From Candidatus Micrarchaeia archaeon (GTDB lineage Archaea > Micrarchaeota > Micrarchaeia > Micrarchaeales > CABMGC01), in the NCBI GenBank assembly GCA_049964835.1, contig JBMFWW010000002.1:16701-80700 (forward strand): a DNA stretch of 64,000 bases, in the 5' to 3' direction. The notes beneath the pieces were generated by a model that ran no database searches, was not told the DNA's origin, and saw nothing but the letters and a program-made list of their open reading frames with translations. Each line of letters starts with the position of its first letter. Positions within the stretch are counted from its first letter, which is position 1. This document shows positions 9,395-19,685 of the stretch, in pieces. The translations under genes and the position numbers were made by a program.

Positions 9395-10195
9395 ATGGCA
9401 AATAGAATAGGGATAATCGGAGGTTCTGGTTTTTATTCATTGCTTGATTCACCAGAGTCTGTAAGCATAGAAACTAAGTATGGTAATCCTAGTGATAAGA
9501 TTTCATTAGGCAAGATTGGCGAGGTTGATGTTGCGTTTCTTCCAAGGCACGGTTCGAAGCATAATATACCTCCACATAAAGTTCCTTATCGCGCAAATAT
9601 ACTTGCTTTTGAAGAACTAGGAGTAAATAGAATAATAGCTACTAACGCAGTAGGTTCTTTAAAATCTAATTACACTCCGGGAGATTTTGTTCTTTTCGAT
9701 CAATTTGTGAATATGACACATGGAAGGCATGATACTTTTTTTGACGAAGATAAAGTTGCTCATGTAAGCATGGCAGAGCCATACTGCTCTGATCTTAGAA
9801 ATATTGCATCTGTAGCGTTATCAAAAATGAAAATAAGATATCATGAAAATGGGTCTGTAATAGTTATAAATGGACCTAGATTTTCATCGAAAGCAGAGTC
9901 AAGATTTTTTAGCTCTCAAGGTTTTGATGTTATAAATATGACTCAATATCCAGAAGCTGCGCTTGCAAGAGAAAAAGGGATGTGTTATTTAGGGATTGGA
10001 ATTGTTACCGATTATGATGCAGGGCTTGAAGGAAATTCACAGATAAAAGCAGTAACCGCAGATGAAGTTAATAGGGTTTTTGGAAAAAGCATAACAGAGG
10101 CAAAAAGCCTTATAAATAACATAGTTCCTATTGCATCAAAGACCGTAAACTGCAACTGCAGTAACTCACTTAACGGAGCAATAGTTACTAAGTAA
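9395..10195 (+). CDS. mtnP: S-methyl-5'-thioadenosine phosphorylase
   Basis: IGIIGGSGFY, FLPRHGSKHNIPPHKVPYRANI and IIATNAVGSL are characteristic of MTAP/PNP family 2. Confidence 0.85.
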   Translation: MANRIGIIGGSGFYSLLDSPESVSIETKYGNPSDKISLGKIGEVDVAFLPRHGSKHNIPPHKVPYRANILAFEELGVNRIIATNAVGSLKSNYTPGDFVLFDQFVNMTHGRHDTFFDEDKVAHVSMAEPYCSDLRNIASVALSKMKIRYHENGSVIVINGPRFSSKAESRFFSSQGFDVINMTQYPEAALAREKGMCYLGIGIVTDYDAGLEGNSQIKAVTADEVNRVFGKSITEAKSLINNIVPIASKTVNCNCSNSLNGAIVTK

Positions 10196-10290
10196 AAAAT
10201 TAATAATTAAAACCTCATTATTGGAAAGTTAATAAATACTTACTCGTTAATATTTCATCTAGTTATATGTAATTCGGTTTTAGTGTTTAA

Positions 10291-11004
10291 ATGCAGTCCA
10301 ATAATAATGTAATTATAGCTGAGAATATAGGCAAGACTTATGTCTCAAAAAAAATTCAGTATACTGCTCTTAAAGATGTTTCTGTTACAGTACAAAAAGG
10401 GGAGTTTCTAGCTATTTTAGGCGCCTCTGGAAGTGGAAAGACAACCCTTATGAATATACTAGGTACACTAGACAGGCAAACTAAAGGAAGGTTAAGAATA
10501 GATGGTGTAGACACAGAAACATTAAATGATAATGAATTATGTCTTATAAGAAACAAAAAAATAGGCTTCATATTTCAATCATACAATCTTGTAAATTATC
10601 TTTCTGCCTTAGATAATGTACTTCTTCCTCTAATGATATCTAATATAGATACTCCGGAAAAAATAGAGGAGGCAAAACAGCTTCTTTCAGAGCTTGGACT
10701 GTCTGAAAAATATCAAAAAAAACCTCTTGAGTTAAGCGGAGGAGAGCAGCAAAGAGTTGCAATTGCAAGAGCTCTTATAAACTCACCTTCTATAATACTT
10801 GCAGATGAGCCTACTGGAAATCTCGACTCTAAAACTGCAGACACGGTTCTAGATATACTAATGAGAATGGCTAAGAAAAACGATATAACTATAGTTATGG
10901 TAACTCACGATCCAGAAATAGCTAAATCTGCAGACAGAGAGATACACATGAAGGACGGTGTCGTATACAAAGAGCTTAGGAGCTATAATAAAAAAGCAAA
11001 ATAA
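10291..11004 (+). CDS. ABC transporter ATP-binding protein (MacB/LolD/FtsE-like)
   Basis: Walker A is GASGSGKTT, the signature motif is LSGGEQQRVAIARAL, Walker B is IILADEPT, and the H-loop is VTHD. Confidence 0.9.
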   Translation: MQSNNNVIIAENIGKTYVSKKIQYTALKDVSVTVQKGEFLAILGASGSGKTTLMNILGTLDRQTKGRLRIDGVDTETLNDNELCLIRNKKIGFIFQSYNLVNYLSALDNVLLPLMISNIDTPEKIEEAKQLLSELGLSEKYQKKPLELSGGEQQRVAIARALINSPSIILADEPTGNLDSKTADTVLDILMRMAKKNDITIVMVTHDPEIAKSADREIHMKDGVVYKELRSYNKKAK

Positions 11005-11036
11005 ATTTTAATAAATTATCTTTAATAGGTTGTTGA

Positions 11037-12707
11037 ATGGGTATAAAAAATATGAGATATGGTCTTGTTTTGCTCGCTGTTAGTTTTATTTTTATGTTCT
11101 TGAACACAAGCTTTGCTTCGCAAGTGCAGTGTAATTTAATTCCTGCTTCTAATTACTTTAAAATTATAGGCGTAACATGGGGCAATGCTACTCATTCAAT
11201 CTCAGCTGGACCTGGAATAAACGATGCACCTCTTACCGTTACGCTTGAAAATTATGGTGGTTCATGCAACTTTATAGATCTAAAAGGATACTTGGAGCTT
11301 TATGGAGGAATATCTGATTTTAACGGTTCATCTTATGCAACTTACTATTTAAACAATCTTGCTCCATACTCTATTTTTAATATGGTCTTTAATCTTAATA
11401 TAGCTAAAAATGTATCTGCAGGCAACAATACCGTTTTATCATATCCTTTTTATATATCCTGGAACTATACTAACGATACAATAAGATCAACTCAAGAGTA
11501 TAACTTAAGCATACCTTTATACGGAAGTCCTGATCTTTCATTCTCAATAAAAAATCAACCTCTTATTGCAGGGGAATTAAATAATGTAACCTTACAAGTA
11601 AAGAATACAGGTTCTGGAAAGGCATCAGATTTATCCTCCGAGATATCTATGTCTGGAGCTAGTATCTTGACACAACCTTCTAAGATAGGCGTAATAGAGC
11701 CTAACACCACAAAAAATATTTCTTTCTATGCATATCTACCTTCAAGTTCTGCAGGACAGCCCGTACTTCTAAATCTTGATTATAACTATATAACACCTTA
11801 TGGCTACAATACGTCTATATCAACTACTGTCGATACATATGCAGTACCAAATTATAATAATGGCGTGTCTATCTCAATATTAAACAATAGCATAGAGTCT
11901 GGCAATATTCGAAATACGAGTATAGTTGCATATGATACCTCTTCATATCCTATAGAAAATCTTACTATAACTCTTACTCCATCAAGCCCTATAACGTTGC
12001 TGGGCTCTGATGGAATAATAAATTTTCCAACTATAAATCCAAATTCAAAGGTCAAAATGCCAATATCATTGTATCTGACACCTTCATCAAGCACTGTGGG
12101 TAGCATCTCCGCATCTGTCTCATATATATTAAACGGACAGCCAGAGAGCACAACTCTTCTGTTAAATGTTCTGACACCTAGCAACATAGAGCTGACAAAT
12201 GTAAATACTGTACTTCTCCCTTCATCCCCCACTGTAGGTTCATCATTTACATTGACCTCAACATTAAACAATATAGGTTCTGAAACGGCTTCTGCAGTAT
12301 CTATAACTCCTGGACATGTAAATGGAATAAGCACGGAAGGTGAAAACACTACTTCTTTAGGAAGTATACCTGTAGATACTCCTACAGCATTTACGTTAAG
12401 CTTTTTGATTTCTCAATCGCTTAAGCCTGGAATATATAATATACCTATAATAGTATCTTATCTAAATAATCTTAATCAACAAATTAACCAAACAATTCTA
12501 TTTCCAGTAAACATCTCAAAAAGCAGCGCCACATTCATAACCAGTTCCGGTGCATATGCTGGAAATGCAACTGCATACCGTAACTTTAAGGGTGGCGGAG
12601 GTATTCCAATAATTTTAATCATAATAATTATTATAATTATTTTGATAATTGCATATTTCTTATATAAGCGAAGAAAAAATAGCAAGAAAACAAAGGCGCA
12701 TCAATGA
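11037..12707 (+). CDS. exported, C-terminally membrane-anchored glycoprotein associated with the ABC/FtsX system (S-layer-domain/CARDB-like)
   Basis: The N-terminal signal sequence is [22 protein letters not shown]. The protein has many N-x-S/T sequons. The C-terminal TM helix [21 protein letters not shown] is followed by a basic tail, [10 protein letters not shown]. The gene overlaps the downstream permease by 4 nt. Confidence 0.6.
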   Translation: MGIKNMRYGLVLLAVSFIFMFLNTSFASQVQCNLIPASNYFKIIGVTWGNATHSISAGPGINDAPLTVTLENYGGSCNFIDLKGYLELYGGISDFNGSSYATYYLNNLAPYSIFNMVFNLNIAKNVSAGNNTVLSYPFYISWNYTNDTIRSTQEYNLSIPLYGSPDLSFSIKNQPLIAGELNNVTLQVKNTGSGKASDLSSEISMSGASILTQPSKIGVIEPNTTKNISFYAYLPSSSAGQPVLLNLDYNYITPYGYNTSISTTVDTYAVPNYNNGVSISILNNSIESGNIRNTSIVAYDTSSYPIENLTITLTPSSPITLLGSDGIINFPTINPNSKVKMPISLYLTPSSSTVGSISASVSYILNGQPESTTLLLNVLTPSNIELTNVNTVLLPSSPTVGSSFTLTSTLNNIGSETASAVSITPGHVNGISTEGENTTSLGSIPVDTPTAFTLSFLISQSLKPGIYNIPIIVSYLNNLNQQINQTILFPVNISKSSATFITSSGAYAGNATAYRNFKGGGGIPIILIIIIIIIILIIAYFLYKRRKNSKKTKAHQ

Positions 12708-14053
12708 AGTTAAAGGATATACTTACTCTTGGAATAAAAGGAGTATCTGAGCGTAAGTTCAGAACTGCCCTTACAGTTCTAAGCGTAGTAATAGGCATTG
12801 CAGCAATAGTGGCCCTTATTTCATTAGTTAGTGGAATTTCAGTAAGCATCTCAAAGTCATTAGAAAGTATAGGTCCTACAACTATTATTCTAACTTCATC
12901 ACCATCGCATATATTTACAAATGCAGATATAGCTGAAATAGAGTCGCTTCCTAATGTAAGTACGGCAATACCTGTTATTAGATTTTCTGCCAATGTAACG
13001 ACTGGCAATACACAGCAAACAGTAACGGTATATGGTGTTTCAAATTCATTTCTTCCCAATGCGCTTGGAAGCATAAATTTATATTCAGGAACTGTCTACA
13101 ATGACTCTACACTTCCTACTGCTTTAGTCGGTTACGATGTTGCATTTCCAACAACTTCTCAAGGTACTTCTTCGGTAAATCTAAATCAACCTGTTTATTT
13201 AACCGAACATGCTCCTAATTCTGGAACAAAAAGCATAACTCTTATACCTGTTGGTATACTTAATCAATATGGCTCTTCATTACTCATATCACCAGATTCA
13301 TCAATATTCATTCCAATACAAAATGCAGTAACAATAACTGGAAAGTATTCATACAATATAATTCTAGTGCAGGCTACCAACGCATCAAGCGTCTCTGCAT
13401 TATCCTCACTTCTTAAAAATATTTATGGAAATGGTGTCGAAATACTTTCTGTACAAGCACTTGCTAGTACGGTTAACTCTATAATAGGCTCAATTGGCGT
13501 TCTTTTGGGTAGTATAGCAGGAATCTCTCTAATAGTTGCTGGCATAAGTATTCTAAGTATAATGATGGTATCTGTTACAGAAAGAACAAGAGAGATAGGA
13601 ATTCTTAAGGCAATCGGCTTCAAGAAAAAAGATGTGCTTATTCTATTCTTATCAGAAGCTCTTATAATAGGGATTTTAGGAGGATTGGTGGGTGTGGGCG
13701 TTGGCGCCGGTGCCTCATACATACTGCCTAGTCTTTTGTCTAGTGGCACTTCAGGTGCACCTTCATCAACATCTGGTTCTAGCATTGCAACCTCTTCAGG
13801 AGGAGGTGGATTCTCAAGAAGCGGCGCAGGCTTTAGTGGAGGAGGAGCAGGTGGCGGAGGTGGTGCAGGAGCCGCTATCGCTAGTTCATCGCCAAGAAGT
13901 TCTGTTTCTAGTAGTTCATTTACTCCTGTGATTACTCCCGAGATAGTTATAATTGCAATATTCATAGCCATTATAGTAAGTCTTTTATCAAGTCTTTATC
14001 CTGCATGGAAAGCTGCAAGTGTAGATCCTGTAAAGGCTATACGCTCTGAGTAA
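12704..14053 (+). CDS. ABC transporter permease, FtsX/MacB family, with a Gly/Ser-rich loop insertion
   Basis: It has the MacB-type topology: an N-terminal TM helix, a large extracytoplasmic domain, and the FtsX signature [19 protein letters not shown]. The C-terminus is [18 protein letters not shown]. An insert of about 70 aa ([14 protein letters not shown]...GGGAGGGGGAGAA...SSS) sits between the last two TM helices. Confidence 0.85.
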   Translation: MKLKDILTLGIKGVSERKFRTALTVLSVVIGIAAIVALISLVSGISVSISKSLESIGPTTIILTSSPSHIFTNADIAEIESLPNVSTAIPVIRFSANVTTGNTQQTVTVYGVSNSFLPNALGSINLYSGTVYNDSTLPTALVGYDVAFPTTSQGTSSVNLNQPVYLTEHAPNSGTKSITLIPVGILNQYGSSLLISPDSSIFIPIQNAVTITGKYSYNIILVQATNASSVSALSSLLKNIYGNGVEILSVQALASTVNSIIGSIGVLLGSIAGISLIVAGISILSIMMVSVTERTREIGILKAIGFKKKDVLILFLSEALIIGILGGLVGVGVGAGASYILPSLLSSGTSGAPSSTSGSSIATSSGGGGFSRSGAGFSGGGAGGGGGAGAAIASSSPRSSVSSSSFTPVITPEIVIIAIFIAIIVSLLSSLYPAWKAASVDPVKAIRSE

Positions 14054-14155
14054 CAATTATGAATAATATCTCAATGTTATTTTAAAAACATCATTTAAAT
14101 TGATATGGGATAAAAAAGAATAAATAAAAGATAAATACAAAGCAAAAAGAGTTTA

Positions 14156-14230
14156 CGGACATGGCGGGATTTGAACCCGCAACCCTCGGCTCCGCAAGCC
14201 GATGCGCTATCCAAGTTACGCCACATGTCC
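14156..14230 (-). tRNA. tRNA-Arg (anticodon GCG)
   Basis: The reverse complement is GGACATG TG GCGT-AACTTGGATA-GCGC A TCGGC-TTGCGGA-GCCGA GGGTT GCGGG-TTCAAAT-CCCGC CATGTCC G. It folds as a complete cloverleaf. CCA is not encoded. Confidence 0.9.
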
Positions 14231-14336
14231 AAACAAACATTTTATATATCTTTGTTGATAAAATCTTTTATACATTTATGAGTTAGCTATTATATAGCTT
14301 GCTTATGTAAATATATCTATTAATTATTGTGGTTTA

Positions 14337-14501
14337 ATGACAAGGTTAGGAAAAATTTGTACCTCATGTGGTAGATTAACTGACAAATATGTTGCATTTT
14401 CATGCCCTTCCTGTGGCAAGGCTGAAATCATACGCTGCGACGAGTGCCGCTTAAATCATACTAAATATAAATGCAAAGAATGTGAATTTGAGGGACCATA
14501 A
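14337..14501 (+). CDS. small Zn-ribbon protein (COG2888-type, usually encoded upstream of aEF-1beta)
   Basis: This 54-aa ORF falls below the track cutoff: MTRLGKICTSCGRLTDKYVAFSCPSCGKAEIIRCDECRLNHTKYKCKECEFEGP. It has four CxxC pairs. Its stop overlaps the EF-1beta start (TAATG). Confidence 0.65.
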   Translation: MTRLGKICTSCGRLTDKYVAFSCPSCGKAEIIRCDECRLNHTKYKCKECEFEGP

Positions 14502-14746
14502 TGGCAGATGTAGCAACAATTTTTAAGGTTTATACAGAAACTGGAAGGGAAACAGAGGTAAGGGACTTAATAGTAAAAAATCTCAAACCTAAAAGTATTC
14601 AGTTAGAAGATGTAGCTTTTGGTATAAAGGTAATAAAGGTAATGTTTGTTCATACAGATGAAGAAGGAAGCACAGCGATAGAAGAAAAGCTAAAATCAGT
14701 AAAAGATGTTACCGAAGTTGAAGTAGCAGATCAAACGCTTCTGTAA
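14501..14746 (+). CDS. translation elongation factor aEF-1 beta
   Basis: The 81 aa length, the start MADVATIFKVY, and the pattern EDVAFGIKVIKVMFVHTDEEG...VTEVEV match archaeal EF-1beta. Confidence 0.85.
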   Translation: MADVATIFKVYTETGRETEVRDLIVKNLKPKSIQLEDVAFGIKVIKVMFVHTDEEGSTAIEEKLKSVKDVTEVEVADQTLL

Positions 14747-14772
14747 TATAAAACTAGTTGATTTTTGATTTC

Positions 14773-16272
14773 TTACTCTTTTTTACCATTAATTTTTACT
14801 GTCCTAATTATTTTTTTCTTCTTGTCAAATATTCTAAATAAATGATTATTTGTATCTGTTATGTATAGATATCTATTATCTGATTTTACATCGTTAGGTT
14901 CAAATAATCCCAAAGAATCACATTCAGGATCATCAATTTTGCATAAGCATTTTTCTTTTTGTGATATTATACTGTAAGAAACTTGTTTCTTTATGTCTAT
15001 TGCTTTTATTGAGTTGTTAAAGGTATCTGCGATGTAAATTATTCCATTATCATAGCAAAGACCCATAGGGTGCTGTAATAGAGTGTTGCTAACTTTTCCT
15101 ACCCTATCTCCAAAGACAAAAAGTCCAGCACCTACAACTGTACTAGTAAACCTATTTTTTATAGAAATACTCCTTATTCCAGAGCATTCACTATCAGCTA
15201 TATAAATATCTTTATTTTTTTCATCAAAAAATATTCCACTTGGTTGTGCAAAGCAGCAATGTTTTAAAGATCCATCCTCAAGATCTTCATGTCCACTTCC
15301 TGCAAAATGAGATATTGTATTATCATTATCATAACATAAAATCTGATGTGTTCCAGACTGTGCAATGTAAATGGTCTTTCCATCATAAGACAAATCCCAT
15401 GGAGAGTTAAGGTTTGTTTTTGTTGCGATGTGTTCTTCATTAGGCTTAAAGTATCCTCCTGGTTTTCCTGTTCCTGCTACAATTTCAATTAATTCATCAT
15501 TTACACTTACTTTTTTTATTGTATTACTAATCGGATCGCAAACAAGTAATTCATTCCTATTTATCCAGCAAAGGCCTTCTGGCATACTCTGATAACTCGC
15601 ATTTTTATTCTTATTTAAATAAAGTTCTTTTATAAAATTTCTTTTTTTATCCAATACCACTAATCTTTTATTTCCTGAATCTGTAAATGCAATATATTCC
15701 TTGTTTATCGCAATCTTACCTGGGTATCTTAAATACTCAGCGTGCTCTATTTTTTTAAGTTTTGGATTAAAAACTTTATTACTCATTTTTTTATTCGAAT
15801 ATTTTTTAATTAATTCTTGTAAACCTCTGTCAAAATTCTCAAAGGAAATCTCTCCTGAGAACTTTGCTGCTATCTTTCCATACGGATCTAAAATTACAAA
15901 TGTTGGCCAACCTGAAGCTCCGTATTCTTTCCACGTTTTCATATTGCTATCTAAAAGAACAGGGTGTTTAATACCATATCTAGTTATCGCTTCAAGAACA
16001 TTTTCCCTACTTTTTTCCGATTCAAATTTAGGAGAATGTACTCCTATTACAACAACCTTTTTATTTTCATATTTCTCTTGTATTTTTTCAAGTATGGGTA
16101 TCATATGCACGCAATTTATGCAACAATAAGTCCAAAAATCAATAACGACTATTCTTCCGGCAAGATCTTTTAGTTTAATTTTATTATTTGAGTTTATCCA
16201 TTCGAGTTTATCATCAAATTCAGGAGCCTTTAATCCTGGGATAGAAAATAAACCAATATTCATGCTAATCAT
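14773..16272 (-). CDS. thioredoxin-like (TlpA/redoxin) domain fused to an NHL-repeat beta-propeller (NHLRC2-like)
   Basis: The N-terminal VIDFWTYCCINCVHMIP carries a redox CxxC in a thioredoxin fold. Repeated NHL-type units follow (LNSPWDLSYDGKTIYIAQSGTHQI, FAQPSGIFFDEKNKDIYIADSECSGIR, LQHPMGLCYDNGIIYIADTFNNSIK). Confidence 0.8.
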   Translation of the reverse strand: MISMNIGLFSIPGLKAPEFDDKLEWINSNNKIKLKDLAGRIVVIDFWTYCCINCVHMIPILEKIQEKYENKKVVVIGVHSPKFESEKSRENVLEAITRYGIKHPVLLDSNMKTWKEYGASGWPTFVILDPYGKIAAKFSGEISFENFDRGLQELIKKYSNKKMSNKVFNPKLKKIEHAEYLRYPGKIAINKEYIAFTDSGNKRLVVLDKKRNFIKELYLNKNKNASYQSMPEGLCWINRNELLVCDPISNTIKKVSVNDELIEIVAGTGKPGGYFKPNEEHIATKTNLNSPWDLSYDGKTIYIAQSGTHQILCYDNDNTISHFAGSGHEDLEDGSLKHCCFAQPSGIFFDEKNKDIYIADSECSGIRSISIKNRFTSTVVGAGLFVFGDRVGKVSNTLLQHPMGLCYDNGIIYIADTFNNSIKAIDIKKQVSYSIISQKEKCLCKIDDPECDSLGLFEPNDVKSDNRYLYITDTNNHLFRIFDKKKKIIRTVKINGKKE

Positions 16273-16291
16273 AAATTATATTTATAATAAG

Positions 16292-17071
16292 TTATTTAGA
16301 TACTTTATTTAATTCTGAATGTTCTTTAACTGGCGAGTAATATGCATTTAGCAAAAAACGCATGCTAACATTTTTACTAAGCTCCTCACATATCCTATTA
16401 AAGGATTCATCTGGATCTAAATTTTTAAAACATAAAAGTATCTTATTTGCAGTCATAAAACCAGATCCAAGAGAGTAATTTGAGAATAACTTATCCAACT
16501 TAAATAAATAATTATTTAAACTATTATTTATTATCATAGAGTCTATACAGTTTATAACTAAAATGCCATTTTCTTTGAGAGATCTATAACTATTTTTAAC
16601 AAATTCTTCGGTAAGAAATTCTTCAGGTATGTTATCTATTTCATACGCATCTAAAATAATTATATCGTATGTATTTTTTCTAGAAGATACAAAATCAAAG
16701 CCGTTTTTGTTATATATTTTTACAGAATCTTCAATCTCATTATCTTTGAAAAAATTTTTGTATAAAGAGATTACTTCGTTGTTTATTTCAACAACATCTA
16801 TATTTGCTCTGGTAAATATTTTAGAAATTTCTTTAATAATACTTCCGCCTCCAAGGCCTATCATAAGTATGTTTGGCTTTTCAAAAACATAACAAACTGG
16901 AGGTATAAGATCCCAATACTCTCCTGAAAAAACAGATTTTTTATTCACTCTACTTTGTATTACTCCATTAAACTTCAATGTTTTATATTTTTCATCCTCG
17001 CTTATTTCTATCTTTTTTCCAAATGATTTAATTACAAAATTTCTTTTTTTAAAAATATTTAAAAAAGTCAT
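16292..17071 (-). CDS. spermidine synthase-like SAM-dependent methyltransferase/aminopropyltransferase
   Basis: ILMIGLGGGSIIKEI is the Gly-rich SAM motif. DVVEINNEVISL and YDIIILDAY fit the PABS-family fold. Confidence 0.55.
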   Translation of the reverse strand: MTFLNIFKKRNFVIKSFGKKIEISEDEKYKTLKFNGVIQSRVNKKSVFSGEYWDLIPPVCYVFEKPNILMIGLGGGSIIKEISKIFTRANIDVVEINNEVISLYKNFFKDNEIEDSVKIYNKNGFDFVSSRKNTYDIIILDAYEIDNIPEEFLTEEFVKNSYRSLKENGILVINCIDSMIINNSLNNYLFKLDKLFSNYSLGSGFMTANKILLCFKNLDPDESFNRICEELSKNVSMRFLLNAYYSPVKEHSELNKVSK

Positions 17072-17079
17072 TAAATACC

Positions 17080-17355
17080 TTACTTCTTAGATTGCTTAGG
17101 TATCTGCTTTGCAAACTCCTCTATTTCCTCTTGAACTTCATCAAGAGCCTTAAGTATTGAGTTTCTTGCATTTTTACTTGATTTTACAATAAGTCTGGGT
17201 TGACCAACATCAGGATGAGTTTTGACTACGCTGACGAATTCTATATCACTTTTCCCTACAAGCTTATCTCTTATAATATCAGCTATTCCTCTATCCATAT
17301 CTATTAGTTCTATTATCATGCTCTTTGTGTCATCTTCAATAATATTTACTTTCAT
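17080..17355 (-). CDS. rpoL: DNA-directed RNA polymerase subunit L (Rpo11)
   Basis: This is a 91-aa protein. MKVNIIEDDTKSMIIELIDMDRGIADIIRDKL...VSVVKTHPDVGQPRLIVKS matches the RpoL/Rpb11 pattern. Confidence 0.8.
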   Translation of the reverse strand: MKVNIIEDDTKSMIIELIDMDRGIADIIRDKLVGKSDIEFVSVVKTHPDVGQPRLIVKSSKNARNSILKALDEVQEEIEEFAKQIPKQSKK

Positions 17356-17573
17356 TTAATCAACAATATATTTAGAATAAGTATATTTTAAACAAAAAAG
17401 TATATAAATATCTTGTTAAAAGCATATATTCTTGATTTTCTGATAATCTCTGAATTAAGACAGTTTTTATACTACAAAAAAGCTATGCTATCCTTTTATA
17501 TATTTTTGTTAATAAATATCTATACGCTATTTAATAGTTTAACTAGCATATTTTAGTAGATTAGTGTGAGTAA

Positions 17574-17993
17574 ATGTCAAATATATTGGAAGCAGACGGT
17601 TCAAAGTTAATATCAAAGGCCGCAGAAAAATTAAAAGAGAGTGGCATAAAAAAACCAGAGTACATAGATTATGTTAAATCGGGCGCAGGAAGGGAGCGCG
17701 TTCCATCTGATACTAATTTTTGGTATCTTCGCTGTGCATCAATAATGCGTCAAACTTACATACACGGTACTATAGGTATAACCAAATTAAGATCAAGATA
17801 TAGTAACAGAAAAAAGCATGTGGTACATAGACACCATACAATGCCTGCTGGAGGCAGCATAATAAAGGATGCCTTTGATGCTCTAGAAAAGATAGGTTAC
17901 GTTAAAAAGACACCTTCAGGAAGAACGCTAACACCTAAAGGTCGTTCATTTCTTGATAAACTTGCAGGAGAGGTAATTAAAGAGGGTGCATAA
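17574..17993 (+). CDS. rps19e: ribosomal protein eS19
   Basis: PEYIDYVKSGAGRERVPSDTNFWYLRCASIMRQTY and the C-terminal GRTLTPKGRSFLD are typical of S19e. Confidence 0.9.
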   Translation: MSNILEADGSKLISKAAEKLKESGIKKPEYIDYVKSGAGRERVPSDTNFWYLRCASIMRQTYIHGTIGITKLRSRYSNRKKHVVHRHHTMPAGGSIIKDAFDALEKIGYVKKTPSGRTLTPKGRSFLDKLAGEVIKEGA

Positions 17994-17995
17994 GT

Positions 17996-18301
17996 TTGCA
18001 GGAAGCTCAAGAGCCTAATGAAGATAGAATAAGAAAAGAATATTCAAGGCGCTTGAAGTTAATGCAGATGGAGCAACAAAAAAGAGAGATAGCTAGAAAG
18101 TTCACAACAAATGAAGCTTATGAAAGATTGATGAATGTAAGAATATCAAATAGAGATTTATACGATCAGCTAATAAATTTAATAATAAATATGGCTCAAA
18201 GCAGGCGAATAATTAGCAAACTAACTGATGAGGAGCTTAAGCAGCTACTTACTAAGTTAACATATAAGCCTGATTCAAAGATTGAGTTTAAACATAAATA
18301 A
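17996..18301 (+). CDS. PDCD5/TFAR19-like double-stranded DNA-binding protein
   Basis: It has a TTG start. The sequence QQKREIARKFTTNEAYERLMNVRISNRDLYDQLINLIINMAQSRRI and its conserved position between eS19 and eL39 support the call. Confidence 0.75.
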   Translation: MQEAQEPNEDRIRKEYSRRLKLMQMEQQKREIARKFTTNEAYERLMNVRISNRDLYDQLINLIINMAQSRRIISKLTDEELKQLLTKLTYKPDSKIEFKHK

Positions 18302-18310
18302 GGTTTTAAA

Positions 18311-18469
18311 ATGGGTAAAAAATCAGCAAAGAAAAAACAAATGCTTGGTAAAAAATTAAAGCAAAACAGGAGAATACCTGTTCTAGCAGTTCTAAGAACA
18401 CATAGAAAGGTTCAGTTTAACAGATTCCAAAGAAGTTGGAGAAAGAGAAAGTTAGGATTAAAAGGGTAA
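18311..18469 (+). CDS. rpl39e: ribosomal protein eL39
   Basis: This 52-aa ORF falls below the track cutoff: MGKKSAKKKQMLGKKLKQNRRIPVLAVLRTHRKVQFNRFQRSWRKRKLGLKG. An AGGT motif lies 6 nt upstream. Confidence 0.85.
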   Translation: MGKKSAKKKQMLGKKLKQNRRIPVLAVLRTHRKVQFNRFQRSWRKRKLGLKG

Positions 18470-18474
18470 TTTTT

Positions 18475-18942
18475 ATGGCAACGCAAATATCTAAGACAAT
18501 TGCATTAAGAAAAAAGCTAGTTAAAATACATAGATCTAGAAGACTTAAAAAAGCAGTATCCTACTTTAAGGAAGATATATCTAGATATACAAAATCTGAT
18601 TTAAATTCAATAGAATTAACCGGAGAGCTAAATGGCTATCTTATGCATGAGGTTGCTAAAAATATGAAAAGTGTAAATGTAGTAATAACAAAAGATGGCG
18701 CATCAACAAAAGTAGATCTATCACCTGAATTAAAGAAGCAAAAAACAAAACCAACGCAAGATACATCAAAGACAAAGGACACTAAATCTAAAAATGAAAA
18801 AGAAGAAAAAGCAAAATCAGAAAAGAAAGAGCAGCCTAAAAAAGATGTAGAAAAAGAGAATAAAAATAAAGAAAGCACCACTCAAGTAGAGAAAAGCAAG
18901 GAACAACACAAAAAAACTCATCCTGAAAAAACAGAGAAATAA
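18475..18942 (+). CDS. rpl31e: ribosomal protein eL31 with a Lys/Glu-rich C-terminal extension
   Basis: I start the gene at the internal ATG (MATQISKTIALRKKLVKIHRSRRLKKAVSYFKEDISRYTK...) because the longer track ORF would overlap eL39. The position between eL39 and aIF6 is conserved. The last 70 aa or so are K/E/T-rich. Confidence 0.75.
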   Translation: MATQISKTIALRKKLVKIHRSRRLKKAVSYFKEDISRYTKSDLNSIELTGELNGYLMHEVAKNMKSVNVVITKDGASTKVDLSPELKKQKTKPTQDTSKTKDTKSKNEKEEKAKSEKKEQPKKDVEKENKNKESTTQVEKSKEQHKKTHPEKTEK

Positions 18943-18953
18943 GGTTCTTGTAA

Positions 18954-19622
18954 ATGAGTATAAATACACTTACTATACACGGTGACGATTTCATAGGCGC
19001 TTATTGCATAACTTCTGACAATATTGCCATAACTGGATCTATTCTTAAAAAGAAGGATGAAGAGCTTTTTGAAAAAACATTAAAGCTAAAACCTAAAAGA
19101 CTGACTATTGGCGGATCAGATCTCATAGGGCTTTTTAGTAAGGCAAATAAGAATGGAATACTAATATCAAATAATATCTATAACTCAGAGTTAAAACAAT
19201 TCAAGTTGGAATACCCAAATTTAAATATTGGTGTTTTAGACAGTGAACTAAATGCAATAGGCAATAATATACTTATTAATGACAAATTAGCAATTGTAAA
19301 TCCAGATTACAAGGATAAAGATATAAAAATTATAGAAGAAATTTTTGGGGTAGAGGCAATAAAGCTTGAGATAGCAGGATACAAAACTGTCGGTTCACAC
19401 AACATCTTAACAAATAAAGGTCTTGTTGCTAACAATAATATATCTGAAGATGAATTTGACAATCTTAAAAAATTCTCAAAGTCAGTTTCTCAATCTACTG
19501 CAAATTTAGGTTCATTGGCTATAGGTATAAGTGTTATAGCTAATTCAAACGGTATTTTATTTGGAAGCAGCACATCAGGTTATGAAATGGCAAATATACA
19601 AGACGGTCTTGAAATATCTTAA
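18954..19622 (+). CDS. eif6: translation initiation factor 6 (aIF6)
   Basis: At 222 aa it shows the five-fold pseudo-repeat pattern. Sequences include LTIHGDDFIGAYCITSDNIAITG, IGGSDLIGLFSKANKNGILI and NAIGNNILINDKLAIV. Confidence 0.9.
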   Translation: MSINTLTIHGDDFIGAYCITSDNIAITGSILKKKDEELFEKTLKLKPKRLTIGGSDLIGLFSKANKNGILISNNIYNSELKQFKLEYPNLNIGVLDSELNAIGNNILINDKLAIVNPDYKDKDIKIIEEIFGVEAIKLEIAGYKTVGSHNILTNKGLVANNNISEDEFDNLKKFSKSVSQSTANLGSLAIGISVIANSNGILFGSSTSGYEMANIQDGLEIS

Positions 19623-19685
19623 AAACTAACTTTACAAAAAGAGATAAATACATTAAGCACTAATCTTTTATAATAAGGTTTTTTA

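Noticed and set aside
13423-13971. A 182-aa minus-strand ORF and a 79-aa plus-strand ORF within the GC-rich tract.
   Set aside because: These are alternative frames of the Gly/Ser-rich insert in the FtsX permease. The Pro/Ala-rich mirror translation is an artefact of the repeat composition.
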